Source: Mobula birostris (lineage: Eukaryota). Taken from it: a stretch of DNA of 64,000 nucleotides. Below the pieces are notes generated by a model. It saw only the letters and a list, made by a program, of their open reading frames with translations. It was not told where the DNA came from and did not search any database. Positions 60,885-64,000 of the stretch are shown here, one piece after another (the first letter of the stretch is position 1; each line of letters starts with the position of its first letter). Position numbers and translations under genes: made by a program. The stretch covers positions 32,545,684 to 32,609,683 of the forward strand of contig NC_092388.1 of the NCBI RefSeq assembly GCF_030028105.1, given 5' to 3'.

Positions 60885-61990
60885 TAAAATTGGCTCAGAA
60901 ATAGGAACCAAGAGAGGGTGGGGTTGAAGGTTGTTTATCGCACTGGAGGTTGGTGATTGCTATGCCTTGTGGTTGGTTTTGGTACCTTTGTTATTAGCAC
61001 GTATGATTTGGATGTAAATGAACAGGTTTGTTAAGGAACTGGGCTGAGAAGTCTCAATGCAGATAAGTGTGAGGTGATACCCTTTGGAAAATGAAACCAG
61101 TGTAGGACTCACACTATGAATGGTAGGGTCCTAAGGAGGGTCATGCAACAGAGGGACCGAGGAATAGAAACTCATAGTTTGTTGAAAGTGGTGTCACAGG
61201 TGCTAGGGTGGTGAAAAAGGCATTTTGCAGGTTGGCCTTCATCAGCCAGGGCATTGCGCATATGGTTGGGACATTATGCTGCAGTTGTTTAGGTTGTTGG
61301 TGAGGCTGCACTTGGGAGCGCTGTGTATAGATTAGATCATCCTGTTATAGGAAGTATGTTGTTAACCGGAAAAAGAGCAGGGGCGATTTACAAGGACGTT
61401 GCCGGGACAAGAGGCCCTGAGTTATAGGGAGAACTGTGGCCGGGCTTTGTTTTCACTCCTTGACGAATGAGGAGTAACCTTACAGAAATGTTTAAAATGA
61501 ATAGAGGCATAAAATATGGTGGATAACTATGATCTTTTTCCCAGGATAACGAGAGACCATAGCTGAATGGAATGAATTTAGGGTGAAAAGAGAAAGAGTT
61601 AAAAGAGATTAGTGACAACGTGTTCACTCGTTGCCAGAAGAAGCCCAGGAGGCAGGTAAAACACTATCATTTAAGAGGCAACACACATCAAAGTTGCTGG
61701 TGAACGGAGCAGGCCAGGCAGCATCGTCAGGGTCTCGGCCTGAAACGTTGACTGTACCTCTTCCTAGAGATGCTGCCTGGCCTGCTGTGTTCACCAGCAA
61801 CTTTGATGTGTGTTGCTTGAATTTCCAGCATCTGCAGAATTCCTGTTGTTTATCATTCGGATAGGTTCATGGAAGGGGAGGGGGGGGAGGCATAGAGGGA
61901 TATGGCCCAAACTCAGGTAATTGGGACTAGCTGGGGTGTTGCCATTGACTCATTAGGTGGAGGGGCCTTTATCTGTACTGTATTGCTGTA
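60885..61990 (+). mobile_element. Old CR1 3' fragment with a palindromic Penelope-derived insert (61679-61848)
   Basis: Decayed CR1 RT C-terminal sequence; the insert has inverted arms of the Penelope terminal repeat. Confidence 0.7.
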
Positions 61991-62074
61991 TGACTGTACC
62001 GCGTGCTTTGCAATGCAATGTAAACACAATTTAATTTTATATCTATCCTCCCACGTACACCACATGGTCATATT

Positions 62075-62456
62075 GGCGTAGTAACGCGAAACACGACCTC
62101 CGGAAGTGGCCAGAAACTTACTGTAGCCACACCCTGTCCGGTTATTGAGCCCAATCAGGGCGAGAAGGCCGGTTACACGCTGCCCGGTTATTGCTGTCAA
62201 TCACTTTTATAGGGAGTATGCCTGTGGCTTGCCTGAGGTTCTGCTGTTATTTCACTACCTGCTTATTCACGCTGACTGCAGCAGCGTATTGCGAGCGCTG
62301 GGAATCTGAGGGTTGCGAAGAGCAGCGGGAGCGCAACTATTCGGGTGGGTGTAAAGCTACTCGGTGCACTTGCGTAGTGTGTTACTGCGGAGCAGCTGGT
62401 TGACCTTTTCTCATCTTTCATCGCGATAGTTGCTTCAGTTTGCTTTCAGGGTAAAG
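62075..62456. promoter_or_regulatory. CpG-rich housekeeping-type promoter with probable non-coding first exon of an unidentified gene (probably plus strand)
   Basis: ETS/GABP CCGGAAGTG 62100-62108, CCAAT 62151, CpG enrichment, candidate plus-strand donor AGG|gtaaag at 62450/62451 followed by T-rich intron-like sequence. Confidence 0.55.
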
Positions 62457-64000
62457 TGAAATTGTTCGGTGTTTTTCTTAAAATCACGGAAATAATATCA
62501 GTAGGCACCGTTTTTATACATGATTCGGTTAAAATCAAACTTTTGGGAATTCTCTGGATCATAGTGCCTTCAAAGTTAATGCAATTAAAGTACTTTAAAC
62601 TAAGAGTTTGTTAGCCATTAGTTATTGAGTTTGCCTCGTTCATCAAACTTTGAAAGATTGGGTGTTTTGTTCTCCGTCTCATTTCAATACTACCTGGTTT
62701 TTTTTTCTTTAGTGTTGTGTAAGAGTGTCTTCTAAATTAAGTTTTTGGAAGAAAATAAATTTCCCCCATTCAAAGAGTTTTATCTCACGAGTGCTAACTG
62801 CTTTGATCATGGAGCTGGCTTTGGTTTTTCAAAGAACGTTGTTTTTTTAAAGTTTCGTGTGATGTGATCACATTTTTAGTGGAAAGAGTGAGCATTTCAT
62901 GGGTGTTAAAATCTCTGCGGACCTAACCTGGACCCAACTTGTCGATGCAGCTGTAAAGAAGGCACGGCAACTTCATTAGGAGTTTGAAGAGATTTGGTAT
63001 CTCACCAAAGACTCTCGCAAATAGATGTGCCATACACTTTAATTGATGTTTTCTCTATTATTACGTATTGCATCGTGCTGCTGCCGCAAAGTTAACTTTC
63101 ACGACATGTGTCTGATTCTGATACATTGATTTCCCTGACCGCCCCACCCCGACACCTACTTTACCACAATTGTACAGTCTGTGAGAGATTTAGTGGTCTT
63201 TTGCGCTAAGTAACCCCCGCATCCTTTCATTATAATTGTATATTTTAAGAGATTAAATTTATGTACTTGTTTTTGCCATGTCCCAGTCAGGCCCAGAAAA
63301 AAAATGTTAATAGACTGGCCAGAAACCCAATGGACACAGAGTTTTAAACCTGATTAATTTAGAGCACAATCCAGAAATGCAAACAGAATGGGAAATGCAG
63401 GTGAGGCACCAGATAAGTAGTCATGTGGGATAGAAATTGTACACACAATGCAAGAGTAATCTTATTATTTACTATTTCTATTCAGCGGTAATTGGAAAGC
63501 TGTTTGTAGTATTTTAGCATTAGTTAGTGTATTCCAATAATAATGTTGGAGATGAAGTTCTGTAATTCTGCTGCTGCCACTGGAAAAATGGACTTTTCCG
63601 CAGTGGGGATAGTGGCAAATTGGGGCATTCCTTTCGTTAATAGGGCTTTGTTCAGTTTTTTAATACTTTGGAAATGTTAATTCCAGTTAATCCTATAATT
63701 GATTTCTATATCTTTCCATGAAAGCTAGTTGTTTTAAAAAAAAAGTAGACGCAAACATATTTTTGGATGAGTCATTATTGTAATTCTGCTGTGGACTATG
63801 ATTTTACTGGAAGCAGTGCAGTAGCCCATATCAGTTGTGATTCACTGGTCGAGATCTTAGACTCTTAAGAGTCTGAATCATACGTACAGATTTGATTTTG
63901 AAGATGTGAGCACAAAAACCTTGGCTGCTGCTGTAAGTGGAGTTCTGTGGGGCGGTTAAAATGAAATCCTCAGCAGAGCTGTTGTGTGTTGGGCTTTGGA

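Noticed and set aside
63540-63880. Intronic snoRNA or miRNA (short hairpin ccactggaaaa...ttttccgcagtgg)
   Set aside because: No convincing C/D or H/ACA boxes, and the hairpin is too short to support a call.
62075-64000. Naming the neighbouring gene from mammalian synteny (e.g. TAT or PHLPP2)
   Set aside because: No coding sequence for it is visible in the window.

Overview
Vertebrate genomic DNA, repeat-rich. The repeat repertoire (CR1, Penelope, Rex1/L2-like, RTE, V-SINE-like, Tc1, hAT) suggests a cartilaginous fish, probably a ray; this is inference. The only host protein-coding gene I can support is MARVELD3 (tight-junction MARVEL tetraspan) on the minus strand. It has a probable non-coding exon 1 in a CpG-rich promoter (~52.5 kb), two coding exons (48489-48676, 47590-47771) and two paralogous alternative terminal exons (39821-40512 and 24750-25441). 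Each terminal exon encodes a complete 4-TM MARVEL domain and has its own AATAAA, and both isoforms compute to 353 aa. Two further CpG-rich promoter-like regions lie at ~6.7-6.9 kb and ~62.1-62.45 kb. The rest is mostly decayed transposons, including a four-level nest at 14.8-23.6 kb (CR1 > CR1 > hAT > Tigger). The most notable structures are the duplicated MARVEL exons with different C-tails, a non-transposon-looking long inverted repeat between them, minimal hammerhead ribozymes carried by Penelope-like elements, and a pair of unexplained inverted CpG-rich modules at 1.15-2.2 kb and 5.65-6.7 kb. No CRISPR or prokaryotic-type system is present.
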